Shown: positions 53,441-63,374 of the stretch, one piece after another
Layout of the letters: every line of letters starts with the position of its first letter
Position numbering within the stretch: the stretch's first letter is position 1
NCBI GenBank assembly: GCA_963664015.2
Contig: CAXXLF010000001.1
Coordinates: forward strand, 608,001 to 672,000
DNA: 64,000 nucleotides
Direction of reading: 5' to 3'
DNA from: Candidatus Binatia bacterium
GTDB lineage: Bacteria; Desulfobacterota; Binatia; UBA9968; CAXXLF01
The notes under the pieces: generated by a model
What the model was told of the DNA's origin: nothing
The model's database searches: none
The model's input: only the letters and a program-made list of their open reading frames with translations
Translations under genes and position numbers: made by a program

Positions 53441-53985
53441 CTTCCCCCTCTTATGGCCAACAGGTACCTCGGACGGGCCTATGTCCCGGCCTCTGGGCTT
53501 CTTTCCCTCTAGCAAGACGGAGGTTATCAAGAGCCGTGCTGCGAAGTCAATCCCAAGTGGTTGGATGATCAAGGACAACGTGGAATCTTCTCATTCTGGC
53601 TAAGTGGACCGCTCGTATGGGTCCCACAATCCAGTGCGCAATAGCCCACACCCCATACGTCTAATGACATGAGTCCTCCCATCTAAAGGAAGGTACAGTT
53701 ATAGACGTTCAGAAGCTAGGAGTTAAGACCACAGCGACCGCTAATGTTTCGAATGACTAGGGGCCTACCCAGCCGCTGACGCCCCGTGGACCAGTTCCAA
53801 CATGAAGGATGGCCTAGGCCATATCTGATGGCCTCCACCTCCCATGGTGAAGGAGCCGTTTCATAGTGTGAAAGAAGGGACCCTACTTCGGTCATGGTAC
53901 AGGGAGGCTTGAATGAGAGGAAGTGTGACTCATAAATCGTTCATGCCCTTGGGGGGGTGTGCCCATGTGACTCCCCTGCCCTCCC

Positions 53986-54136
53986 GTGTTAACACCCCGT
54001 AAACATTTCCAGTGGGTAATGGGGCACTATGGCCTGGGTTGTGCAGAATGTGAAGAATCGAGAAACCCCAAAAACAACGGTGGGCTACAACAACCCTACC
54101 GTCTTCTCAGGTCCTTTTGCCAAACAACACATTAGG
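53986..54136 (+). repeat. Duplicated element-end sequence, copy 1
   Basis: Colinear with 58129-58279; identical TGCAGAATGTGAAGAATCGAGAAAC. Confidence 0.85.
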
Positions 54137-54315
54137 ATTTCTCGTGAAAGGTACTGTTGGGCTTGGGCATACTTGCCCTCACGAGCAGCTTTGTAAAAAA
54201 GCTGGATGATGGCTTCCGGACTATCTTGGGCTGCGGCCGAATGGCTGGAGACAACGCAGCTGGTGAGAACAAAAGATAGCACAAGCATTAGGGGTTTTGG
54301 TTGACTGCCTGCCAT
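54137..54315 (-). pseudogene. Secreted protein truncated by the duplicated element end
   Basis: Signal peptide then SPEAIIQLFYKAAREGKYAQAQQYLS, cut at repeat boundary. Confidence 0.55.
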
Positions 54316-54399
54316 AGCGGCCTTTTATCGCTGGTGTTGGGCAGTGTCAAGGGGCCTCATAAGACTCAATTAAAGCGTCGTTTAATTGCGTTCTGGGGT
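54290..54399 (-). repeat. Inverted repeat copy with palindrome B (54364-54391)
   Basis: ACTCAATTAAA-GCGTCG-TTTAATTGCGT, exact reverse complement of site A. Confidence 0.85.
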
Positions 54400-54629
54400 C
54401 AAATGCCCTAGAAACACCAATAACTACGCCCAGATAGCCATTGCCTTTCTTTTATGAAAAGGCCTACAAGCAACTGGCCAAAGTTTTACACAGCAACTGT
54501 TGACTCCCCTTTCGAGTTTTACTAGCGTTCTTCTGAAAAGATAAACACCTTGGCCTGGGCTATTTGATCCGACGATCGAGCTTCTATTTTGTGAAATCCA
54601 CTGCCAAAAAAGGCTCTCAAAAGTCGAGC

Positions 54630-54715
54630 CGAAAGAGCCGATCTCGACCTCTTCAGAAACGGCGTGCCGCCACCTATGTAGATAAGATTCTGAGAGGTGC
54701 AAAGCCCACCGACAG
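54630..54715 (+). pseudogene. Fragment of ABC substrate-binding protein C-terminus
   Basis: RRAATYVDKILRGAKPTD. Confidence 0.55.
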
Positions 54716-54776
54716 TTAGAAGAGCGCAAGACCACGGGTAAGGTCCTATTGATTCCGTAGACGAAAGGAAAACCTC

Positions 54777-54992
54777 ATGAGCGAGACGGAAGAGTTCGCA
54801 CAGTTCGATAAGATCAGTTTTGTTAAGGACTACGAGGGTGTCAGCATCCCAAGCGGCACTCGCATAACAATCAACCAAGGAACTGCAGGGTCGATAACAC
54901 AGGCGCTCGGCAATAACCTTACGATCCGCCTCGCCTCCGGTGCTCTCATATGGGTAACGAAGCGTGACAGCGCGGTACTAGCGAAGAGTTGA
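54777..54992 (+). CDS. Small protein resembling the SufT N-terminal domain
   Basis: IPSG...ITQALGNNLTI...LA pattern. Confidence 0.45.
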   Translation: MSETEEFAQFDKISFVKDYEGVSIPSGTRITINQGTAGSITQALGNNLTIRLASGALIWVTKRDSAVLAKS

Positions 54993-55093
54993 GCTATCTA
55001 ATAAGCCTAAACTAGCCGTTTCAGGCTAGATAAGACTTCTTTTAGAAACGCGTTCTTCCAGTAATCTTAGGGTTGTAGACTGAGTATTTGAAG

Positions 55094-55121
55094 ACGCAAT
55101 TAAAGCGTCGTTTAATTGCGT
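55094..55121. repeat. Palindrome C
   Basis: ACGCAATTAAA-GCGTCG-TTTAATTGCGT; perfect arms extend 55091-55124. Confidence 0.9.
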
Positions 55122-55144
55122 CTTGAGCGGGAATTAAGGTCCCT

Positions 55145-56521
55145 TTGGTGTGGAACAAGGCTAGTGCAGACTTTACGGATCCTGTCAGTCGGCTTGACGT
55201 AATTGCACGTTTTCGGATATTGTCCACCCCAAAGCAGCAATTAGGGGACAGTCCAGCTCTATCCGGCAGCCGCTTGGGTCTTCGGATGCGGTCTAGAATG
55301 TGGTCGTACGGAGAATTTGTGAGTCTCGGTAATCACGCTTCAAAAGTAATTTCCTATCATTTGCTTGTCTGTGCCGTTGCGACAAGTCTTTTGGGACCGG
55401 GCGCTGTCAGTTCGCGTGCGGCTGGTGACAACACTGAACAGGCGCAACCGACTGTAGGCCAAGAAACAGTGTCGGCGAAGGCATACCTGATTCCAGCTAA
55501 AGGCGAGGTCAACAGTCGGCTTGCGAGGCGTATTCGAAAGGGATTGGAGAATGCAACGGCGGCCAGAGCAGAGGTAGTCATTGTCGAGGTTGATACTTTC
55601 GGCGGTAGCCTGGAGGCAGCCGTCAAGATACGGGATGCGCTTTTGAATGCGGATTTGCGCACTATCGCTTTCGTCAATAAGCGCGCCATCTCCGCTGGTG
55701 CGCTGATATCCCTGGCAGCCCACGACATAGTCATGACTCCCGGCGCCACGATTGGGGCAGCTACCCCGATGCGATTCACTGCAGAGGGCCCAAAACCGCT
55801 AGGGGAAAAGGCGATCAGCTACTTCCGAAAAGAGATGAAGGCAACTGCGGAGAGCCGGGATCATCCCACCGCGCTAGCGGAAGCTATGGTGGATCTTGAC
55901 GTGGTCATACCCGGAGTGATAGAGAAGGGTAAGCTGCTAACGCTAACTACTCAGGAGGCGTTGGCCCTCAAGCTGGCAGCGGCCCAAAATGACGATCTCG
56001 AACAGCTCCTACAGACCTACGGGCTTGAACTGATTACAAAGGATCGATCCGCGCAACGTTGGGATGTGCGGAGCTGGTTCAAGCAATTTCGCACGTGGCA
56101 CGTTTGGCTCATATTGGGCCTCGTCTTGGCGGTGGCAGAGATCTTCGTCTCCGGATTCTTTCTCCTCTGGTTCGCAGTGGGGGCGCTCCTGGCTTCTTTG
56201 TTGGCCTGGCTGCAGGTGCCACAGGCGGTTCAGATCGGCACCTTTCTCGTCAGCTCGTTTCTCTTGCTCGTGTTTTCGCGCACGGTGTTGCGAAGTGTTC
56301 TGTTCCGAAGCCAATCAAACATCGCCACAAACATTGAGGCCTTGAAAGGCCGCAACGGGATCGTATTCAAGACCATCGGGGGGGGCCTCAAGCCCGGCTC
56401 GGTGAAAATAGGGGGTGAGATGTGGTCTGCTGTCTGTGCGGACGACATGGAAATCACTGAGGGATTCAAAATCGAAGTGCTTGAGATCGTTGGGAACAAA
56501 GTGAAAGTTAAACTACTTTAG
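55145..56521 (+). CDS. NfeD family membrane protease (ClpP-like domain, TM, OB-fold); true start likely later
   Basis: DTFGG, AISAGALI, TIGAATP, EK, KLLTLT..EA; C-terminal G.VKIGGEMWSA. Confidence 0.85.
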   Translation: MVWNKASADFTDPVSRLDVIARFRILSTPKQQLGDSPALSGSRLGLRMRSRMWSYGEFVSLGNHASKVISYHLLVCAVATSLLGPGAVSSRAAGDNTEQAQPTVGQETVSAKAYLIPAKGEVNSRLARRIRKGLENATAARAEVVIVEVDTFGGSLEAAVKIRDALLNADLRTIAFVNKRAISAGALISLAAHDIVMTPGATIGAATPMRFTAEGPKPLGEKAISYFRKEMKATAESRDHPTALAEAMVDLDVVIPGVIEKGKLLTLTTQEALALKLAAAQNDDLEQLLQTYGLELITKDRSAQRWDVRSWFKQFRTWHVWLILGLVLAVAEIFVSGFFLLWFAVGALLASLLAWLQVPQAVQIGTFLVSSFLLLVFSRTVLRSVLFRSQSNIATNIEALKGRNGIVFKTIGGGLKPGSVKIGGEMWSAVCADDMEITEGFKIEVLEIVGNKVKVKLL

Positions 56522-56530
56522 GAGGGTGCT

Positions 56531-57493
56531 ATGGACATAACAAGTGGATGGATTGTCGGTATTATGATCATTGCGGGTCTGATTACGGCCGCCAAAGGCG
56601 TCATGATCGTTGAGCAAGCCTCGGTTAAGATGGTGGAACGGTTGGGAAAGTTCCACAAAATAGCCCGCAGTGGCATCAACTTCATCTGGCCGTTCTTAGA
56701 CAAGATTCGACCGTTTATGATGCAGCAGCAGTTGTTCAGCAAAGTGGACCTGCGCGAACAGGTAATGGATTTTCCGCCCAGCCCCGTAATTACCCGTGAC
56801 AACGTCACCATGGAAGTAGACGCTGTACTGTATTACCAGATCACTGATCCGGTGAAAGCGGTCTACGAGATTGTAGACCTGGGAAATGCCATCGTTCAGC
56901 TCACAGTCACCTCCTTGCGCAACGTCATGGGTGAACTGGCGTTGGATGAAACCCTAACCTCCCGGGAGACGGTGAACTCCAGGCTGCGCGATGTGCTCGA
57001 TGAGGCTACCGACAAATGGGGTGTCAAAGTAAACCGCGTCGAATTGAAAAACATCGAGCCACCCAAGGAGATTCAGGATGCCATGGCCAAACAGATGAAG
57101 GCGGAGCGCGAACGCCGCGCTGTGGTTACCGAGGCGGAAGGAACAAAAACGTCGGCCGTCTTGGAAGCGGAGGGCCAGCGTGAAGCTGCCATCGCCAGAG
57201 CCGAAGGAAAGAAACGCTCGACAATCTTGGAAGCTGAAGGAATAGCACAAGCGCGGCTAGCAATTGCCGAGGCGGAAGCAGGAGCGCTCAAACGTGTGCG
57301 TGAGGGGCTTAACGACGCAAATCCCGCGAACTACCTGATTGCCCTGAAGTACCTCGAGTCGCTAGAGAAGATTTCCGCTGGGCAGGCGACCAAGATCTTC
57401 CTGCCCTTCGAGGCGAGCGGGATTCTGAGCTCATTAGGAGGTATCCGCGAGATGCTCAGAACCGAGGAAGTGTCGCCAGCGAAGAGTGAGTAG
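56531..57493 (+). CDS. SPFH/band 7 protein (QmcA-like)
   Basis: VERLGKF, VITRDNV..VDAV, WGVKVNRVELK, QMKAERERRA. Confidence 0.92.
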   Translation: MDITSGWIVGIMIIAGLITAAKGVMIVEQASVKMVERLGKFHKIARSGINFIWPFLDKIRPFMMQQQLFSKVDLREQVMDFPPSPVITRDNVTMEVDAVLYYQITDPVKAVYEIVDLGNAIVQLTVTSLRNVMGELALDETLTSRETVNSRLRDVLDEATDKWGVKVNRVELKNIEPPKEIQDAMAKQMKAERERRAVVTEAEGTKTSAVLEAEGQREAAIARAEGKKRSTILEAEGIAQARLAIAEAEAGALKRVREGLNDANPANYLIALKYLESLEKISAGQATKIFLPFEASGILSSLGGIREMLRTEEVSPAKSE

Positions 57494-57544
57494 CAAATTT
57501 ACCAATCGCCTCGTTCGAACTCGTTCGCCCATCAGTTTCTAAAG

Positions 57545-57667
57545 AATGAAAAAGGCGCTGGTCCTACTTCATTAGAGGAGTTGTACGAAACAGATACTCT
57601 TATCTGCTCCAGGTGCCAGGAAGAGATGCGGATTATCAGTTTTATTGGCCAGCCCGAAGTCATTATT
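57545..57667 (+). mobile_element. IS91-family transposase C-terminal remnant
   Basis: RWSYFI...YETDTLICSRCQEEMRIISFIGQPEVI, matching the W..L..V.E.DPL.C..C...MRII.FI pattern. Confidence 0.6.
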
Positions 57668-57676
57668 CACGCCAGG

Positions 57677-57704
57677 ACGCAATTCAGTAGCTCTTTAATT
57701 GCGT
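57677..57704. repeat. Palindrome D (variant)
   Basis: ACGCAATTCAG-TAGCTC-TTTAATTGCGT; outer arms extend 57671-57710. Confidence 0.8.
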
Positions 57705-58128
57705 CCTGGCACTCCAACGCTTCGCGAACCCAAGCCCAGAGCGGATTCCAGCCTACCTAGAATTGACATTTAATGAGTCTGGTTTGGGGCAGCTTAGATG
57801 GGCAGTAAATGATTAGCGGCCTAATAGCTTTGACTAAGCTAAAAAAAATATAGAAATTTTTGCCTTTCACCCCTAGAGAAGTAAATAGGGGGCATGTTGG
57901 CCAGATTTAAATGCCTGATTCTTGGGGGGCTCGGGGGCGACGGTGCCGGCTGGCGGTAGGCACCCTAATCCTTTTTCCGAATAACGGCCCAAGGGGATCC
58001 TAGATGCAACCCTGAAGCTCCCTGCAGCCTCCCGATTGACGGGGCTGGCACCCAAGTGCCTTGACCTGTGGGACGGCCTGGGGTTTCTTCCAATCCCGGC
58101 AATCGCGAACGCCTGTTACCCGATCCCT

Positions 58129-58279
58129 GTGTTAACACCTCGTTAACATTTTCGCCTAAAAATGGGGGTTCCTGAGTTTGCACCTGCAGAATGTGAAGAA
58201 TCGAGAAACATGAACAAAGACGGCGGGCTACCTCTAACCTACAATCTTCTTAGGTCCCTTTGCCAAGTCACGCATTAGG
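58129..58279 (+). repeat. Duplicated element-end sequence, copy 2, abutting att
   Basis: Tandem GTTAACA repeats (arm-site-like); ends at tRNA fragment. Confidence 0.85.
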
Positions 58280-58319
58280 TTTTCAAGACCGGTGGGTTAA
58301 ACCACTCACCCACCCCTCC
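58278..58319 (-). repeat. att site: 5' half of tRNA-Ser
   Basis: 41/42 identical to 47074-47115. Confidence 0.92.
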
Positions 58320-58343
58320 TGCTTATTTCAGGTAAGTACTTGA

Positions 58344-58372
58344 AGATTAACATACTGATCCCCGGCGGCCAA
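58344..58372 (-). promoter_or_regulatory. Probable original tRNA-Ser sigma-70 promoter
   Basis: TTGGCC-N17-TAATCT with TG extension, about 25 nt upstream of the tRNA 5' fragment. Confidence 0.55.
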
Positions 58373-58378
58373 CGAATT

Positions 58379-58690
58379 CTATTTTCGATCTCCTAGCCGA
58401 TCCTCGTCTACCTTGAGCCGACAATCCTCGACAATCTCTTTGGGGATCATCCTGAACGCAATGACGATTAACGCAGGGACGATGATGAGGTCGTCTAGCT
58501 GGCCGAGGACCGGTATGAAATCGGGGATGAGGTCAAAGGGCAGTAATGCATACCCTACGGCAAGGCCGAGAAGCCATTTTGCCAACTTCGGTGTGCGGTG
58601 ATCTTTGAGGATTACTTGGTAGATCCTGATCTCTTTCTTTAGACTTTCTCCGAAGAACCGTAATTGATTAATACTTTTACACCAGCCCAT
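58379..58690 (-). CDS. DUF1232 (YkvA) family protein
   Basis: YALLPFDLIPDFIPVLGQLDD. Confidence 0.88.
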   Translation of the reverse strand: MGWCKSINQLRFFGESLKKEIRIYQVILKDHRTPKLAKWLLGLAVGYALLPFDLIPDFIPVLGQLDDLIIVPALIVIAFRMIPKEIVEDCRLKVDEDRLGDRK

Positions 58691-58793
58691 GGGTTATTGA
58701 TGTACTCCAACACCGATGCTAACAAGCGTCTTCCGCCCCACTGATAATCCGTTGGCGGTTCAACTCCTGTCTATCCGATATGATTGAGAAGGT

Positions 58794-59690
58794 CTATTGA
58801 ACGCGGATGAGTTTCTTGGGGGAGGTCTTACCTTTGATCGCTCTCGCCCTACGGACAAGCGACTCGGTTTCTTCATATTTCCCCTGAAGGGAATAGAGCA
58901 CCGCAATGCTACTCAGGCTCCCGCCCACGGCGGGATGCTTGGAGCCATATGCATCCTCTCTGATCTTGAGTGCCTGCTCGAGCAGGGGGAGGGCTTGGTC
59001 GTATTTATGTTGAACAAAGTAGACCCTTGCCAGGCTGTTGAGACAGGTGGCAACATATGGGTGTTCCGCGCCCATGTTTTTCCTTGCGATCCCCAAGACC
59101 CTCTTGTAAACGGGCTCGGCCTCGGCATACTTCCTCTGGGTTGAATAGAGGTTGACCAGGTTGTTGAGGCTGACACTCACGTGGGGATGCGAGGAGCCGA
59201 GCGACGTTTCCACAATGGCAAGGGCCCTCTTATAGAACGGCTCGGCCACCTCATATTTAGCCTGGGTCTTATAGAGCAGGCCCAGACTGTTCAGGTTCTC
59301 GCCCACAGCGGGATGGTCCGGCCCGAGTGCCTTCTCACGGATCACCAGGGCGCGTTTGAACAGGGACTCGGCTTCATTGTATTCGCCCTGCACTCGGTAC
59401 ACATCGCCTAAATCATTCAGGTTTGTAGCTACGTCCGGGTGATAAGTCCCAAGGTTTCTTTCGCTGAGCGCCAGGGAACGATTGAAAAGCGGCAGGGCCT
59501 TTCCATATTCACCCTTGATGTAAAAGGATCTGGCCTCGGAATTGAGAATTTTGGCCTCATACAACCCGGAGACCGAAGGCCGGTCGAGCTCGCCGGGAGC
59601 CGCATTCGCCGAAGGACTGCCTGCGAGCGCAATGGCGATACAGAGATATCCCAGGATTAAAATTTTTGTATAATTAACTTTGCCACTTAT
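58794..59690 (-). CDS. Secreted TPR protein (kinesin-light-chain-type repeats); start codon uncertain
   Basis: Repeats HP.VA..LN.L..LY..QG.Y.EAEPL.KRAL.I.E; signal-like segment upstream of 59564 lacks an in-frame ATG (ATA at 59690). Confidence 0.8.
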   Translation of the reverse strand: MSGKVNYTKILILGYLCIAIALAGSPSANAAPGELDRPSVSGLYEAKILNSEARSFYIKGEYGKALPLFNRSLALSERNLGTYHPDVATNLNDLGDVYRVQGEYNEAESLFKRALVIREKALGPDHPAVGENLNSLGLLYKTQAKYEVAEPFYKRALAIVETSLGSSHPHVSVSLNNLVNLYSTQRKYAEAEPVYKRVLGIARKNMGAEHPYVATCLNSLARVYFVQHKYDQALPLLEQALKIREDAYGSKHPAVGGSLSSIAVLYSLQGKYEETESLVRRARAIKGKTSPKKLIRVQ

Positions 59691-59942
59691 ACCTTAAAAT
59701 ATTAGATGCAGACTCACACTTTTAATGCCCATTTTGTTACCCATTTAAGGGTCCCGGACCGCAGGAGCCTGAATCACAATTTCTGTATATTTTTTGTTAA
59801 CTTCCAGTCCGGACTTCTAGTAAACTAGAGGGAGCATGTCAATAGGGGGTACTGAAGGGGTAAATGGGCAGATTCAAAGTGTCGTAGCTAGCACTATTTC
59901 GAATCACCCAACCTGAAAAAGCGTGAACCTTTGGAGGAGAAG

Positions 59943-60494
59943 ATGGCAAATAAGCAAAACCTGATTTTAACCGCGGTCGGACCGGACAGGATTGGTCTAG
60001 TGAAGCATATTTCCGCGTTCATCGTTCAGCATGGCTGCAATATCGAAGACAGCAAGATGGCAGTTTTCTGCGGAGAGTTTGCCCTGATCATTCTGATCTC
60101 CGGGGCAACCGAAGATCTTTCGAAGATCGATCGTGAGACTCGAGAATTAGCGGACCGAACGGGCCTAAGTATTTCGGTGAAGACACCTTCCGGCACACGC
60201 CCCGCAGCGGCCTCTCTTCCATACAGGTTGACCGCATCGCTCATGGACCATCCGGGAGTAGTGTACAAGCTAAGCGGTATCCTGAGTCAATTGGGGATCA
60301 ACATAGAATCCATGGAGACTCAGACCTATGCAGCTCCGGTCACTGGCACCCCCATATTTCGGCTGGAAGCGATAGTCTCGGTTCCGGCAACGGTGAATAT
60401 CAATGCGTTAAAGAGCCGGTTCGACGAGGTTGAGAGAGAGGAAAACATCGATATCGAGCTTTCCCTAGCAACAGGTTTCGGGAGGTCCGACTAG
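59943..60494 (+). CDS. GcvR-like tandem ACT-domain protein
   Basis: LTAVGPDRIGLV...GCNIEDSKM; DHPGVV...INIESM. Confidence 0.85.
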   Translation: MANKQNLILTAVGPDRIGLVKHISAFIVQHGCNIEDSKMAVFCGEFALIILISGATEDLSKIDRETRELADRTGLSISVKTPSGTRPAAASLPYRLTASLMDHPGVVYKLSGILSQLGINIESMETQTYAAPVTGTPIFRLEAIVSVPATVNINALKSRFDEVEREENIDIELSLATGFGRSD

Positions 60495-60514
60495 AGGAAG
60501 GGGCCTCGGACCGA

Positions 60515-61831
<1,317 letters not shown>

Positions 61832-61979
61832 TCAACGCATAGTTAATCGTGATTCGTATAATCGCTAAAGTCAAATCGAGACCCATCCCATTGCCGACAC
61901 CGAATGTCAATCCGGCAAAATCGCAGGAATCCGAATGCTGAGGTGACTTGCTGCGTGTCAACCATTAACGGATCAACGA

Positions 61980-62294
61980 TTAACTAAATTCAAACGCGTT
62001 CTCGATATGCTCCACCACCGGGTCTCCCCCTGCATAGGAGATGCCGATAACATCGAACCGGGCATCCCGATCGTGGAGACGCTTCTGACTGAGAAAATAG
62101 AGGGCCGCTTTTTTTGATCTGGCGCTGCTTCGGGTCTTGACCTCGACGAAGACCTTGCGGTCCAAGGCGATGAGGTCCAATTTCCCAAGAGGGCAGCGAT
62201 AATTACGCTCGATAAGGGAGAACCCCTTTTTCTTGAGATAAAGCTCCGCGATCCCTTCCCCTTCTCGCCCAAGGATCTGCTTCCGGTTTTCCAT
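61980..62294 (-). pseudogene. yraN: YraN family protein with apparent internal deletions
   Basis: G..GE..A..YL..KG..LIERNYR, FVEVKTR, RFDVI; central segment shorter than expected. Confidence 0.7.
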
Positions 62295-62299
62295 AACCC

Positions 62300-63097
62300 T
62301 TACGGATCCGTCAAGAGGGAACGAAAAAGGGGCTGCTGGTCGGTGGTCTTTCGTTCCGTGAATTCTCTGACAGGCTTGAAACTTTTGCGATGAATGGGAG
62401 AGGGTCCAAAATCCCGAATTGCACGTAGGTGCAAGGCGGAACCGTAGCCCTTGTGGCCGGCAAACCCGTACTCGGGATAGCAGCGGTCGTAGTCGGTCAT
62501 CAACCGGTCGCGCTCCACTTTGGCGAGGATAGACGCGGCAGCGATAGAAAGACAGAGCCTGTCCCCGTGTTTTACCGTCCTTTGATACGGGACACTGTTG
62601 TTGGTGTATGGCGGGTTTGGATGGATCGGGGCGACACTAACCCCATCTCGACGACTGGAATCATTGACCGAAGCATTTATAAGATATGATTGGGGAATCC
62701 CATAGATACCATCAATCAACAGATAGTCGGGTTTCAATTCCAATAGATGCACAGAGCGCGCCATGGCCAGGAGGCTGGCCTGCAGAATATTGATACGGTC
62801 GATCTCCTCCGGATCGGCGGAACCGATTCCCCAGCCTAGGGCGTGTTCCTTGATCCAGGGGATCAGAGCTTCGCGCTTTTTTGGGCTCAGAAGTTTTGAG
62901 TCCGTAATCTCCGGGTGGACCAATCCCCGTGGGAAAACCACGGCAGCGGCCATGACAGGTCCGGCCAGCGGTCCCCTTCCCACTTCGTCCAAGCCGGCTA
63001 CATGTTTATAGCCGAGGACAAAGCCCTCTTCCTCCCATTTTTTGGGATTTACTGGCAATGCCAACTCTTCCGAATCTCCAACCCGGCGAACTTTCAT
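62300..63097 (-). CDS. rnhB: Ribonuclease HII with internal insertion
   Basis: GLDEVGRGPLAGPV, DSKLL, LIDG, SIAAASILAKV.RD, HKGY, HRKSF. Confidence 0.95.
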   Translation of the reverse strand: MKVRRVGDSEELALPVNPKKWEEEGFVLGYKHVAGLDEVGRGPLAGPVMAAAVVFPRGLVHPEITDSKLLSPKKREALIPWIKEHALGWGIGSADPEEIDRINILQASLLAMARSVHLLELKPDYLLIDGIYGIPQSYLINASVNDSSRRDGVSVAPIHPNPPYTNNSVPYQRTVKHGDRLCLSIAAASILAKVERDRLMTDYDRCYPEYGFAGHKGYGSALHLRAIRDFGPSPIHRKSFKPVREFTERKTTDQQPLFRSLLTDP

Positions 63098-63295
63098 GGA
63101 GTTCCAAATTTATCTCAAAGGAACTGCGCCTGTAAACAAAATAATTTCGTCGCGGGGCCATCAGCAAATGAGCTATTAGCATTTAACCATACTTTTAGTT
63201 TGGAACATCAAAACCCTATCTCGATGTGAATTGTTCCATACAAGCCATTAGATAAGACTCCCCATGGAATCGTTTCCGTTTTTCTCATTTGAATG

Positions 63296-63326
63296 GCTGA
63301 GAGCTGACGGCTGATTGCTGAGAGCT
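63296..63326 (+). repeat. Heptamer tandem repeat GCTGANN
   Basis: GCTGAGA GCTGACG GCTGATT GCTGAGA GCT. Confidence 0.7.
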
Positions 63327-63374
63327 TAAATTGCTAATTTGCACTCCATTCTAAGGCTATGTTAAATACACGAC

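Larger units (their letters stand above)
47074..58319. mobile_element. Decayed genomic island integrated at the 5' half of tRNA-Ser
   Basis: 42-bp direct repeat (47074-47115 / 58278-58319, one mismatch), integrase remnant at one end, AT-richer patchwork cargo. Confidence 0.85.

Noticed and set aside
50372-57704. Palindromes as a CRISPR array or the chromosomal dif site
   Set aside because: Spacing is irregular (0.7-4 kb), no cas genes are present, and the arms do not match the XerC/XerD consensus.
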